Below are positions 1-14,246 of a DNA stretch of 64,000 bases, piece by piece (positions within the stretch are counted from its first letter, which is position 1; every line of letters begins with the position of its first letter). Where the stretch lies: contig CAJFCJ010000004.1 in NCBI GenBank assembly GCA_904063045.1, positions 370,195 to 434,194 on the forward strand. Direction: 5' to 3'. The notes under the pieces were generated by a model that saw only the letters and a list, made by a program, of their open reading frames with translations, ran no database searches and was not told the origin of the DNA. The position numbers and the translations under genes are program-made. This stretch comes from Dimorphilus gyrociliatus (Eukaryota > Animalia > Annelida).

Positions 1-43
1 AATAATTAGGAGTAATAAATATAATTATGTAAATATATATACA

Positions 44-44
<1 letters not shown>

Positions 45-82
<38 letters not shown>
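45..82. repeat. (TA)n microsatellite
   Basis: Perfect TA dinucleotide run. Similar shorter runs occur near 4382-4408 and 29364-29390, and a (TC)n run at 12729-12750. Confidence 0.95.
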
Positions 83-85
<3 letters not shown>

Positions 86-711
86 AATATATGTCGTAAA
101 AAGTGAATGTAGAATATACTGTACGACAAAAAATCTCTTATATAAAGGTGTATTATTGAACACTAAGAAAATCTCATATCCTGTAGTTATGTAAAAAAAA
201 TATTAACATATTGATTTATTCCTATTTTTTATTTTTTTTAAGTATTTCACAAAATAATAAAACAATTTATTAAATGTAAAAATTGGATAGAAAATATAAA
301 AGAAGGGCGATGAGTTGACGAATCTTACACATAATTAAAGACCTTCCGCTTTTCAATCCACGTGTATAGCACCAGTTGAAACGTCAAAAAGCTTGTAAAG
401 TACACGGATTTCCTTAAATACTAGTACAATCGAAATACATAAATAAGCAATTTTTACGTTTGAGTACTCTGACTAGTGATATTTAAGTTTCGGTAGAGAA
501 CTCTAAGAGGACAGATACGCAAAGACAGTGGATAGGAAAAGAAAGAAAAAGAGACAAAGAGACGGGAGCGACAAAGAAATAGAGTAAAAAAAAAAGAGTA
601 AAATATAATCGCCGTATCGCAGAATTTTCATTCATTGAAGTAAGGCCTTCAAAAGCATTACTTTGAACAATTCCATTGTGATTAAAAAAGTGCAAAAACT
701 TTAACGAAACA

Positions 712-3700
712 ATGTTTTATTCCTGCTGTTTCTTAATTGGATTATTTTATTTTTCTCAAGTAAGCATATTCTTCTATCTAGTTTTCTTAAACTTGAAGTT
801 ATTCTATTGTATTATTTATTTAAGTATTATATAATAATTAAGCATTAGAAATTGTTCGAAGCTAGAGAAGTTCAGATTAACACCCTGATCGATTTGACCC
901 TTTTTCAACTATTGAGCGTTTTGTGTTCAAGAAAATGAATTAAAATGTCTAGACAGTATATAATTTCATATTTTAACAATTAACCTATTATACTATCTTT
1001 ATTTAAGAGAAAAAATTTGTTAACTATACGCTAGAAGATCATTCACAAAAATATGATAGGCCTAAAATTGAGTATTATTTTATCTGTCCTTTCTCTTTCA
1101 AGGATAAATTAAGAATATACATTATATTAATACATATATATTGAATTTAGAGAGAGACAGAGAGAGAATCAATATTCAATAATAAGAAAACAAAGGAAAT
1201 ACAAAAGGATTGATAATAGTTTTCTTTTTTTTTTTCTATCGAAAGATTCGTGATCGACGTTATTAGGCTTATTGAATATTTTTTTTAGCTACCTATTCCC
1301 TTTTTTTGTTTCGTGTATTTAGTGCGTTTAAGTAGGGTTGTTTGAATTAAATCTTCAAGTCAAAAGAATATAAACTGCTTGAGTTTTATTAAAAGAAAAG
1401 AAGACTCTTTTCTTAAAAGTAAAATAACTAGAAAAGACTAAAGTTAAATTGAAAAAGAAAAAAAAAGAAACATTTTTTTTTTATACTTTTGGATATTGCC
1501 TTATGATTTAAAGTATTGTATTTCTTTGACATAAATATGCCTTCTTCCTTCTTTACATAGTGAATTAACAAACATTTTTCTATAAAGGCTTGTTAAAATT
1601 ATTAATATGTGTTACTAAATTAAGAGATCGAATAGATTAACATCTGATATATAATTCCTTTTTATTACGCTATTTACTTATTAGTATATATAGAAATCTA
1701 GTTGTTATATGATAGATATTAGCTGTGTAAATTATAGTAGTAAACCCCCAGGGCATGTACTAGTATACCATTCGACTATTAGTGTCATTCATTCAGTAAA
1801 AATTAACAAAACTATTGCATACAATATCCCACCCCCGCCCTATCCAATACATTTTAACTAAACTTATGAGACATGACGTGAATAATAGCCATGGACTGAA
1901 ATTTTCATAGGTTTCACATCGATAAAAGGCAAATTACGAGATAAAAAACGGTTATGACATAAAATATAAAAGACTTAGGTCTTGTCACGAACAAGTAAAG
2001 GTATCGCTTGAAAAGTCGCTATTATTCCATTAAAAAACTTATTTATTGAATTAATACAATCTTGAATAATAATGAAAATAACTATATTATTTGTACATGG
2101 TTAAGTCATGAGAAAAAAAAGCTTTTCATGTTTAACTTGTATTGCTTTTTCATCTTTATTAATCTATTTGTTTTCATTTAGGCTGAAAAACTCGAATTAG
2201 AGTTGCAATATCAACCAAAAGATTGTTCTAGAGATGTTTGGCTACAACATTGCGGATCCTGTGACGTTGATAAATGGAAGGATCTCGGACAAAAATGCCG
2301 GCAGGTCCGGCAACTTTTGGGCGATGAAAAAGATGTAAAATTTCCTATAAAATTATCCAATAAAGAAAAAAAAATCTAATAAAGTATCTTTCAACAGATG
2401 GATTCAACGTTTTCCTGTCGGTCAGCATGTAAGATAGGAGATATGGTCCTATCGAATGAACAAATAATACAAATATTAAAAGATAACGAGGAGGAAAAGA
2501 ACGAGAGAAAAAGGAGGAAAAAGAGAAAAATTCGATCATTCAAATCATTTCCTTCACAAAAATGGTCTTTACCAATTCTATATAAAATCGATAATTCTTT
2601 TGGTAATTAAAAATCAATATCGAATTTTAATTAATTATCACCCAATTTATATATATATATATAAACAGGTAAATGGGAGAAGGGCATTATTAAATCTGCT
2701 ATTGACATGTGGCAAAATAGAACTTGTTTAGAATTTAAAGAATTGAAATTAAGTCACTTTACCTACGATTCACATGTTATGTTCTTAAAGATAACAGATC
2801 AAGCGTACGTTATTCTTAATTCTTTTCTACGAAAATAATTTAAATACTGTTCTTTTCTTTCTTTTAATATAGTTGTTTTAGTTATGTTGGAAAAGTTGCA
2901 ATCGTTCCACAGCCAATTTATCTATCATCATCTTGTTTTAATGCTATTGCTGTTGTTGCTCATGAAATTGGTCATACTTTAGGTTTATTGCACGAACATC
3001 AAAGACCCGATAGGGATGATTATATCATTGTAAATAAAGACAATATCGACGACAGTCACCATTCGGATTTCAGTAAAATTCAATCTAAATTTGCTGAAGA
3101 TCTTGGAGTACCTTACGATTACGCCTCGGATATGCATTATCGTTCGTTTGTAAGTAAAATACGAGTTATAGATTTTCTTCATATAAAAGTTTTAATTTAA
3201 ATAAGTAATATAAAAAGTTTTATCAAGTAATAAAACAGTTAGTATCATTGATTAACATACAATAGATTATTATATGCATTGAATTATTTATCCATTCAAA
3301 AACCTAACCCTCTATTTTCAGTCCTTTTCTGTGAATGGCAAAACGACTATTGATACGAAAGATTCGCGGTATCAAAGAACAATTGGTCAGAGGAGCGAGC
3401 TAGCTTTTTCAGATATAAAAGTTATTAATTTGGCATACTGCCAAGGTATGTTGACCCTTTTCATTTCTATTTTCTTTCCTTTTATTCATTTTTTATAATG
3501 TTCTGGATTTTGGTAATCAATTTTCACAATTCTGTATTAATTTACATAGTAAAATATTAGTTTATAGTTAATTTATTATTATTATTACATATATACAATA
3601 TAAATATATCAACGCTCTTTTTTAGAAAAGTGTAAAGTTAAAGCTCCAAATTGTCAACATAGTGGCTATCAGAATCCGTTAAACTGTAATGACTGTCACT

Positions 3701-6700
3701 GCCCAGATGGACTTGGAGGAGAGCTGTGCAATTTTGTAGCTCCTCCAGTATTAGGTAAGGGAAATATGTAAGACGTAGAAATTGCTCTCGTCTTATTCAT
3801 CAATGATTATTTGTTATTGTAAATCGACGTGTCTCTAAAATGGTATTACTTTTGGAAAATACTTTCAATCTTACTAATAGTGTAAATAATTATTAATAGC
3901 ATTCCTGTTCTGTAGAATTGCGTAATAAAAATTTACATAGCCATTAGAAAAGTAAAAAAAAAAGATCAACCGGAACTGAGGAAAGAATAACCTTAAAAAA
4001 ACAGTTAAGTGCTGAGTTCAAAGAGTACAATAGGAAATGATAAATAATATTAAAGTTTACACATCCTAAACTCTACTTTTTGATATATCGCCATTTTTAA
4101 AACAGTATCAATAACATAGGTAAAAAAGGATATCACTATAACTATTGTTATTATGACAATAATTATTGTAATAATAAGAGAAGGAGCCTTGAATTATTTT
4201 TAGCCGGATATTTTGTTCACTTTGACGAAGTTGTTGAACATTTTCAAGAAAAGACAGACTATCAAAACCGTTTATTTGCTCACTTTGTCCAAAAATAAGA
4301 ACAACACAACATTATATTATTTTATAGAAATAAGAAAGATTACTAATCATTAATAAATTATATATACTAATATATATAAATTTATATATATATATATATA
4401 TATATATAATGTATATATATTAGTATATATTAGTCTATACACTGTAGATCATGTCAATATTGTAGTTCAACAATTTGTTATTAATAATTATTTATCTTTT
4501 CTATTATTTTCGAGGAATTAGCTTGTTTTATAAGAAATAAACAAGTAGAAAAGTATCACTGTAGTAGATGTCATTACGTTTAGAATATATATATATATTT
4601 GTATAGTATATATATATTAATATATCTGCAAATTTGGTGTAATAGTTAAATAATCTTTTACTCTTTTTATATTTCATCTAAAATAGATTTTATAATTGGT
4701 TTTGCTCTTTTTCTTGTTTATTAGAACAATGCGGTGGAAGATTGATTGCGATGAGCAAGGAAAGAGTTATAACTTCACCAGGTTACTCAGATAGGGGATA
4801 TTATCTGAATGGACAACAATGCAGCTGGAGGATAAGATCTATAGATCCTACAAAAAGGGTTACAGTACAGTTTACTGGGGATTTTGGCCTATACTGCTTT
4901 GTAAATTGCTACCATTGGGTTGAAGTGAAATTCAAAAAGAATCTAGGCTTGACCGGCCCTCGGTAAAATAGAAACTTTCTTATATAAAAGAAACTATTAT
5001 ATAAATACGATATAATAAAATATTATAATCAGCTAAGGGCATTGAAGGGCAAAGGGGTTACTATTAAATCTAATCGTAAAATTATTTAATACCTTTTTCC
5101 TTTTCACTAAAACTCATAAAGGTACTGTTGCGATGAAACGCCTAAAGAAACGTTTAAATCAGAGGGTGACGAACTTGTCGTTAGTATGAAAGCGATCAAT
5201 CACGTTATTGAAAATCGACATAGAAGAGGTTTTAAAATGATAATAAGAATGGGTTAGTATTATACAACTAATTATGCCATCATTCAACACTATTTCTATA
5301 TAGTCTATTAAAAACTTAAATATCGATTAGATGGCGATGAGTGTCAACCAAATCCCTGTAAGAATGGTGCAACATGTAAAGATCTACAATCCAACTATAC
5401 TTGTCAGTGCCTAGACGGATTTTCAGGGAAAGACTGCGAAATAGGTTAGAATTATTCTATTATTACCCTATATAATATAAAAAGAAAAGTACACTTTAAC
5501 TATACAACTAACTATAAGTTGGAAGAAAAAACGGGAAATATTATTTAAAAAAATAATGAATGAAACCAAGGTAATTTTAACAATGAGGAAAAAAAATAAA
5601 GGGATTTTTTTTGCCACCCGCATAGGGTCGTAAATCTTTTCTATCCTCTTTTATTAAATATTACAAGATACATTAATAATAGATTTGTTGTTTTTTCTAT
5701 TATCAACTATTATTCTTAATAAAAAGATAGAGAAACTATCGCTTCAATTGACAAAGAATTGAATATCGTTTTATAATTGTAACAGAAGCAGAAGTGAAGG
5801 ATCCTTGTAAAAGTAATCCTTGTTTAAAAAATGGTACTTGTATAGTAATTGATAAAGATAATTATCAATGTAAATGTGCACCATACTATATTGGTACAAG
5901 ATGCGAAAGATATTATAAACCGACAAGAAATCCAAGTAAGTAACAGCTAATTTATATATTTTATACTTTAAATATTATTTAAAAAGAATTTAAATATAAA
6001 ATATTTACTATCTGTCATAATATTATTTTAGGATATTTGATATTTTCTCTCTATCATTCTTTCTCTCATCTCTTATTTTCTTTTTATTTTTGTCTTCCTC
6101 TCCCCCTCTCTCTCGTATACTTCACCTTATATAGGCCTCTTGTTTTACTCGAAAAGATTTTATATATACATATATATATATATATATAGTATATATTTAT
6201 ATATATGTTGTAATTCAATAATAGTAATATTTGATGAATCTATATACATTTTGCACAGTGTTTACAGCTGGAATTGCTTTCTATCATTTCAAAGAGATAT
6301 TTGATAGATTTCTATGTAATTTGATTTTAAGTCTTAAAAAGAAAAAGTTCTATCACACTTTTCTATTGACACGATATCGATAATTAAATTTATCTTTTTC
6401 TAGAAAAAAAAGTAGAGATTGACGTAATATCTATTTATTCTATAAAGAAAATGCACCCATACGAAAGAATATCATTAAATTTAAACAGTATATAGTTTTA
6501 TTGATAAGAATAAATAAATAGCAATAATTGAAAATTTAGAAGAATATTTTTTGAACAAAGACAACCCCTTTTTTTCAAATAGTAATTCAGTATTCAGGCA
6601 ATATTTAACTGTAATAATGTCAAATTATCAATGCTTTATAAATATTTCTTGTCATTAATGTTCTCAACAGAAATAATACTAAAAACTAAGCTAACAAATT

Positions 6701-8716
6701 TGACTTTGTTGCCATGTTTTGTATAAAAACACTATAGATTAAGAGTTTCTACTAATATTTGTTTTGAAAAACAGTGTATTGGCTATTTTTTATCGTTTAA
6801 AGAAAGTGTCCTACTAAAACTTTTCACGTTAAAGGCATAAAATACACTTACATTCTCTCCTTTGTTAAATAAACTATTAAAAATCTTTAAAATGCTAATA
6901 AAACTTCTTTTTTAACATTAGTGCTCTTTTTCAGGGTATTGTAGTGCTTTGGTTGACGTTGCTTTGGTCCTAGATTCATCCAATGAGGTTGGCCTAAATA
7001 ATTGGAACAATGTTAAACAATTCGCTAAATCAATTGTTGAAAATATCGATGTGGCTCCTGATAGAAATAGAGTTTCTTTAATCTCTTACTCAGAAATTCC
7101 GAAAATTGAACATAAATTTTCGGACAGTCAAGAAATTCATAGCATTTACTCATCAATTGATCGTTCAGCATTCCTCGGAGACGATTGTAATTTATATAGA
7201 ACTTTAAAATCTCTCCGAACCAGTATATTTGCAAAAGATAATACCAGAATAAATGCTGTTGGTATTATTGTTTTACTCATATCATCAGAATGTTCAAAAG
7301 ATCTATCAGTAATTCGACAAGAAACATGGACTCTACAACAAATGGGAGTTGAAATTTTACCGGTGACAATTGGAAAGAAATATTCCCATAACTTAGTAAT
7401 TTCACTCTTTTTAATTATATTAGTTGTTTTATTTTCTCTCTTTTTTTTTTAAACTAGATTTCAAGTTTGTCTAATAAGAAGGAATTCTTCAAAGTTGATT
7501 ATTTTGCGCAATTATTAACTATCAGTAAAAATCTTCAAGCTATTCTATGCCCTCAAGAAAAAGTCTCTGACATCGCAATTATGGTTGAAACAAATCGTCA
7601 CGTTTCTAAATCCAAATACAATGTATTGCAATTTTTTCTTATGGAATTTGTCAAGAAATTTGAAATTGGTCTAACTCAAAATCTTATTAGCATTGGCAAA
7701 TACTCTGCACATACATATGTTGCAGCCTACTTGAGACAAAATCTTCAACCTTCTCAATTATCAACAATTATTACAACTCTAAATTTGGATTATCAAAGTG
7801 ATGATACAAATCTATTAGAAGTTATGGACACTTTGACAGATCTTGTATATACTCCTATTGAAGGTGGACGATCCTTCTCGAATAAAATAGCTATTGTTAT
7901 AAATTCTGGCCCTCTCAACGATCCCACAGTTATTAATCAATTAATGGAAAAAGGAAAAAAATTAAGAGAAAATATGACCTTTCTAATGGCAGGCATAGGC
8001 GATAAAATAAACAAAGACTTACTTATAAACTTAGCTGGAGGCAGAGAGAATACATTTTTCATGAGAACTTTTAGCGAACTTCATCAATTTTTGGAAAATG
8101 TTTTGACAAGGATCAATAAGATTTGTTGGTAGTCATTTAAAAGAACTTATTATCTATTATTAACAGTAAATTTGTGTCTTATTACAACAGTAAAAGCTAG
8201 AAAAACACTACCTACGACCGAACCTTCTTCGGGTAGATCGACTACACCGCTATTTAATAGACATTCGTTTTCGAGTTCTCTTAAACCAGCCACAACAACT
8301 TACGCTCCGATTAAAGGCTGGTACCAAGGTGAAACTTGCTATCCTAGTAAGACGGATGGCGAATGCTCTAGAAAGTGTGGGGGTTGTGGTCGAAAGATTA
8401 TTATTTATAAATGCTACATCGATGGTATATATCGTCGAGAGTAAGTTTTTTTCGCTAAAAATGTTTGAACAAACTCCTATTTAAACATCTACTTTACGCT
8501 TTTCAGACACAGGGAACAATTTCCATGCAATGTTAATGCCTGCACAAAAGAAGAAAAATGTCTCATATATGCTGCAGGTTTATTTTGGATGTAAGTTAAA
8601 GTATTTAATTGGAAAATTAGCTTTTATATTTTATATTTTCTTTCAGTCCGTGCGATGAATGCTGTCTAGGCTATAAGAGAAAAGGTGACATCTGTATTCC
8701 ATTGCAAAAATCCTGA
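712..8716 (+). CDS. Secreted astacin-family (M12A) metalloprotease: signal-pro-astacin-EGF-CUB-EGF-EGF-vWA-vWA-T-rich-TSP1-like-Cys-rich
   Basis: Exon 712-759 (MFYSCCFLIGLFYFSQ) splices in phase 0 to 2182 (AEKLELEL). Prodomain contains IGDM and a basic site RKRRKKR. Zinc motif HEIGHTLGLLHEHQRPDRD starts at 2961, followed by Met-turn SDMHY. Downstream: EGF CQHSGYQNPLNCNDCHCPDGLGGELC; CUB from about 4726; EGFs at about 5331 and 5786; vWA ORFs 6949 and 7467; CSRKCGGCG; stop TGA 8714-8716. Confidence 0.9.
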
Positions 8717-9063
8717 AAAACTACCGTTTATCCTCAAAAACTTTTAATTGTTTACTTCTTGTTTTATTTTTAAATCTGTAGTCTCTAAGATACCAAATAT
8801 TACCTTGGTGCTGGACTCCAATAAAGAGAAATATGCCATATGTGCTAGAAACACTTTCTTTTTTTTGTAATACTGTCTATTATCTATTTGTTTTATTTTT
8901 TTTTAATTAAATACAATTGAAAATCTGTTATGTATGAATTTTAAATACTATTAATTGTTAGTCAATAAAATGGTTGATTTCGAAGAAGCGCCAAAAGTAT
9001 ATATAATATAATAGTAACATTTTATGAATGTTTCACCAATTACCAGTTTCGTTATAGTAGAGC

Positions 9064-9986
9064 ATGGCGACCTCACGTTTAAAACAACTATCTTCGCTCA
9101 GGCGGTTTATCAACAATTCAGCAAACATCAAATCTGATAAAAAGGGGAAAAGGATTGAAAAAATTAGTGAGTTGATTATTCTGGTCAAATCAATCGTTTT
9201 CTTGAATAATATTTAACACATAATAACATCCATCTTTTTTTACATACTTATACATAATTTTTTTCCCAAAATAAGTTTGATACTGTAATGGTATTCAACT
9301 TACTTATAAGTATTTTATATATTAAAAAACTTGACTATTTTAAGAAAAATTTAAAGAGTTATATTAGGTAAAACTTTACATCAAGACGAGACAATGTCAT
9401 TCAATAATTTTTTCTTAATTGTTATTAAGAATAAATAAAATCAATTTCTGAAGTTACATATTTATATTTATTATGATTTTCCTTTAAACTAGAAAATTAC
9501 TTTATGACAATAATGGATGATTACCGAACGGCTGTTGTCGAAACTGGTCAAGATATGAAAAAAAAACCCCTAAAGTCTGGAATTTATTTAACAATTCTAG
9601 GAAGTTTGCTCTACATGGGTAAAAATAATCCATCTATGACGGATTTTGAAGAAAATTTGATTATTAATACAAACGAGCTTCTACAAGTTGGAGACCCGAT
9701 TAGAAATCCCACCTCTAATAATCATATGCAAAGAATATCTGGTTTACGGAATGAAGGAGTTTTAAAGCGGACATCTTTTGGTATTTTTTCAATAGTTTGG
9801 TATGATAATTATGATCCTATTGTAGATGTTTATGAAGCAAGATGTAAACATTTAAAAGTTGGTTGGGTTGAATTGTTTAGGGAAAGAGTAATTGATATCG
9901 GATTCTTAAATAAATGGTGGTGGATTCAAAAAGCAATGGAAGATTACGATATAAATCCTGAAGAATGGGGAGAGAATGCTTCTTAG
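9064..9986 (+). CDS. TIMM29: Mitochondrial import inner membrane translocase subunit Tim29 (C19orf52 family)
   Basis: Exon 1 9064-9166 is a basic presequence-like MATSRLKQLSSLRRF and splices in phase 1 to 9493. The C-terminus VIDIGFLNKWWWIQKAMEDYDINPEEW matches the recalled Tim29 family pattern. Confidence 0.8.
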
Positions 9987-10322
9987 ACATACAATTTTTT
10001 TAAAAACTAAAATATCGAATGTAAATACAAACCATTGAAAAGTCTTGTAATAAATTAATTAATGCGTCAAGACACTTAAGAAGATTATTTGAATAAAAGT
10101 CTGTAATTAAGCTTTTCACCTATCTTACTTTCCTAGGAACAATTGAGCTCATTAATAACAGAATATCTATTCTCCAGAGAAAGTAAAGTTAGAATGTCTG
10201 ATAGATGGCATTACTAACTGTACCACGCTATTCCTAACCGGATACAAAATAATTTTAGTCTTCGATTTCATTTCCGTTTTTAGGAGGTTACCTTCGACGT
10301 TTTTTTGCGAATCAAAAGCACT

Positions 10323-13300
10323 ATGACCAGTTGCGAAGAATCGAAAGAGGAAAACGTCGAAGCAAAGATTGAGAACAAATCTACCTCGAAAACTTTTGAG
10401 GAAAGACGAAAAGAGTGCGAATACGAGTTCTATAAGAACCAACGGCTGGTTTTATTAAACCTTCCTAAAAATGTAACGCCAGATGTAAGCATGCGTTTAT
10501 GTTAAATTTACTAGTTTTGATTATATTAATTTGTTATTTATATTTTGCAGGCCATTAGAAAATTTGTGAAGAGCGATAAAATTGAACATATACATATCAA
10601 TAAGAAACGCTTAAAATGTTAGTAAAGCAAGTTATTTATATATAATTTTAATATTTAACGATTTTATAATATTAAATTAAAGTTTGGGCTTTTAAGTAAG
10701 TTTATATATTTATGTAAAAGCAGATTAAACCTCTGTGTTAGGAGGCAACTTTTCATGACTAATATGTTTTGGTTCAAAATAATATGAAATGTTACTGTTC
10801 GGAAGTAGATATAAACTAAACTGTTTTTATATTTAGTTTTTATGAGCAAGTACTAGAATTAGTTATTAAAATTTTTTTTCTTTGAACAGCTATAATTACG
10901 CTCTCAGATGGCTACTTGGCTGATCAGTTCGCCAAAGAACTCAACGAGACAGAATTGGAGGGACATAAAATAACCGCTTGTGTCTCACAACCCGATAATA
11001 CCTTATGCATAAGTGGTCTTCCTCTCTCAATGGATAGTGAAAAGTTACGGAGAGAGTTAAAACATTACGGACGCCTAGAGAAATGTTTTGTTCTACCTGA
11101 TGAGCAATTCGGTAAGAAAAGATTTATATTATATTCCTATTCCAAAGTATATAACAGCAACGTTTGACGATCTTACAATTAAAGGAAATCGGGGTCTAGC
11201 AGTTATACAATTTGGTCTCAATTTAGAAAAAACGTCGAATGTGAAATTTGTAATGAGCAAAGTCGTATTCGACAAAATGAGAATCTCGTGTGACTTTCTT
11301 CCGTATGAAGTAGCGAAATTTGAACAACTTAATTCATGTGTAATTTTATTGAAGAATCTACCCAGCGATTTCAAAGAGAGAAAGGCTTTGGAAGAAGAGG
11401 CTAGAACAATGGGAGAGCCTATTTACTGTCAGGTGAATAAATCATTTTTTTTTCGAAGATCTTTTTTGCTTCTCGTTTTCTTAGCCTTAAAAGTTTCTTA
11501 ACAGTTGGGAATGAATGAGGGAAAACCCTTAGGTTTCGCTGTCATTGAATATTCAGTAAGTTCAGATGCTCTTGCTGCATGGCGTAAATTCCACGAAACT
11601 AAGCTATTCGGCGATAAATCGAAAACAACAGTCCATCTTGCTATTCCCGGTAAAACCGGTCCTCAGATCTTCAATAGTCAGATAGTAATACGTTTACGCC
11701 CTGTTAACAACGGCATTCTTCCTGAGCCAAGATCTTTGGAACGCGAACGCAGACCTTCCGACGACTTCTTCAGGGAAAGAGTCAATCGTGCATTCAACGA
11801 ATTGGCCGACCGGGAACGTTTCTATGAAGATTCCCGAGGTCGATTGGATGATAATTTTCAAGGTAGAAGAGCTTCTGCTTATGAGGTGGACGACAGATTC
11901 GGTGGAGCAAGTCTTATGCGAGAGAGAACTTCTTTGGAGCAGATGGCAGATCATAGACGTATTTGGCAAGATCCCCCCCTTATGAGCACTCAGAATGTGA
12001 AACCTTTGATGGATTTTAGTCAAATACGCAGACCAGGGCCGGGTGACTTGAAAGAATCTTTTCCAACTGATGAACGAGTTTCGAGTATCTTTGGTGAGGT
12101 TTACCTGTATTCTTTAACCGCCTTTTTTCTTGAATGTCCGCAGGCACACTTGATATCTTTTATATCGTTCGATTTTTCAATTTAAAACCTGTTCGAATTT
12201 TCCTAAATTTGAGTTAAACTTATAAAATGCGATCTGCCAATTTTCGCTTTGTTGTGAGTCTTTGGTATTTCACTGAAAGTTTTGTCACTTTCTTAATTTT
12301 TATTTCTTCAACCTTCGGTAGAGCTTCCTATAGTTCTTTAATCGTGGAATACCTTTTCCGTTAGACCGAAGGTAACTTAACTGGAAATTAAAAAATTAAG
12401 TTCAATTATCTGTTTGAAATTACTTCCTTATCTTTTATTTTATTTCTTTCTGAAATTTTATGCTATCCGCAACAATTTTAATCGAACAATAACAGATAAC
12501 AAGAGGCTGGGTCCATTCTTATTCATTTAATTAGAGCTCTTCACTTATCATTCAAAGCTCCTTACCATACTTTCTGTAGACATTCACAGATGCCTAATTT
12601 AACACCGGAGACGAATGAAAGAGCTAATTACAATGCATTTATATCTTCAAACTGTATAGTTGTGTATTCTATCTCTATCTTCCCCCAGACTCTAAATATT
12701 TCTAATTTATTTTTATGCTTTCTTTCTATCTCTCTCTCTCTCTCTCTCTCTTTTATTTAGTAAAAAAAAGCAAAATTTAGCAATCTGTTCAATATAGTGA
12801 CTTGACTTTCGAAATAACTTTGGTCTTCCATCTTCCTTATGTAAAGCATTTCAGTATGAAGCATCTTAATTAACCATGCATTGTTAAAAAATTTTTCACA
12901 GAGGATCGAAGAGAAACAGCTCATAGGAGAATGTTTGAATTTTTTGATGACGGTGAATGTTCTCGATCTCCCACAAGTCGAACTGCCGTACCCACAGATC
13001 CTAACTTTGTAGCAGAGGATGCTAGATCAGGAACCGCTGAATGTAACAATTTTAGAGGCGATAGGCATAACGATGCACCAGATCAAAGATCTAGAGAGAG
13101 AGATGCCAATTTATTGGGTGGTTCTAGATCTGACCTTTTAAGGGGTGAGGGCATAAGTAAGACATGGCAGGAATGGCCAACTCCAGCAATGGCTACAAAA
13201 TATTCAACGGAAGATTACATAGATCCCAAGGTCAGTCAAAATATTTGTTTGTCAATCAAGTGAAGAAAAATATATTTTTTATTTAATTTAGGTAAATATG

Positions 13301-14042
13301 GAAGATGTTCCTCACGTTGAAAAACCGGCAGATTTCGTTGATGTAAGTTATTCTTCCTTTCTTTTTCGAATTAGAAATCTCTCACAAAACAGCATTCGGA
13401 AAAAAAGAGCGATGTAGCCCGAAGAAAATGGGAGGAAGACAATAAACGCTTCCTTGAACAATGGAACAAGGTAAGATTCGACCATCGACATATATGTCAA
13501 AGATTAATTACAATTGCGTAATTTTTTACAGGGATCTCAAAAACCCCTTAACCCTAAGCCACTTGTTGATAGATTTCCGGAAAAAGATGGACAACCCGAC
13601 ATTCACCGAAATATGGACAAGGATGAAGAAATAGATAATTTATTGGGAAACCTAAAGAACGCCTTACATAATGAGAAAGAAAAGTCAAAGTTAATGAATC
13701 TCCTGCAGTCATTTTCTTCTTCTAGTGACAAAAGAGAGTTGGACAAGGATGAACCAAGAGCCTTCTCTTCTAATTTTTATCAACAGGATTCAACAAAAGC
13801 TGTAAAACGCGATAGCGAAGGGCATTTTGTACAGGTACTAAGGATAGAATATTTTGTAAAGACAGAAATTATATACCCATAAAATATAATTTTGCTATTT
13901 ACAGCAGGGTTACAGACCGAAAAGCTCCCTCCAATCTTTTCTTCCTACGCAAGAACCTGTACCAGAGACTGGGTATATTGGGCAGCATTCACAAGGAATA
14001 GGTGGACATTACGAAGATACATTTAAAAGGCGACGTCTTTAG
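10323..14042 (+). CDS. RAVER1: Ribonucleoprotein PTB-binding (Raver) homologue with 3 RRMs
   Basis: Three RRMs (LVLLNLPKNVT, LCISGLPLSM, ILLKNLPSDF...GFAVIEY) followed by GILPEP. The terminal exon EPVPETGYIGQHSQGIGGHYEDTFKRRRL* matches the Raver1 C-terminus (GSYVGQHSQGLGGHY...KRKR). Stop 14040-14042. RAVER1 versus RAVER2 is not resolvable. Confidence 0.85.
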
Positions 14043-14246
14043 AACATCATTCCTTTGTGGTTAACTATCTGTCCCTCCATACCCCCACCAGTCTTTGACA
14101 AAATCTTTGTTTACTCTTTGTCTGTTCTAAATGTTTTTTCAACTGTTATTAAAAAGTCGTTTATTTGGAGTTTTAGACAACGGTTCGTACGTTAAAAATG
14201 TTTGTAAAATAAAAAAAGGCGCTCTTCATGTTAGTAAAATATTTCT

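Noticed and set aside
483-695. Minus-strand 70-aa hydrophobic ORF
   Set aside because: It is the reverse complement of a purine-rich promoter or UTR tract and has no family features.
7467-8132. Second vWA ORF as a stand-alone gene
   Set aside because: Its start codon is non-ATG, and flanking splice sites place it in the astacin transcript.
11694-12023. Antisense and alternate-frame ORFs within RAVER
   Set aside because: They overlap a well-supported coding exon and have no independent motifs.
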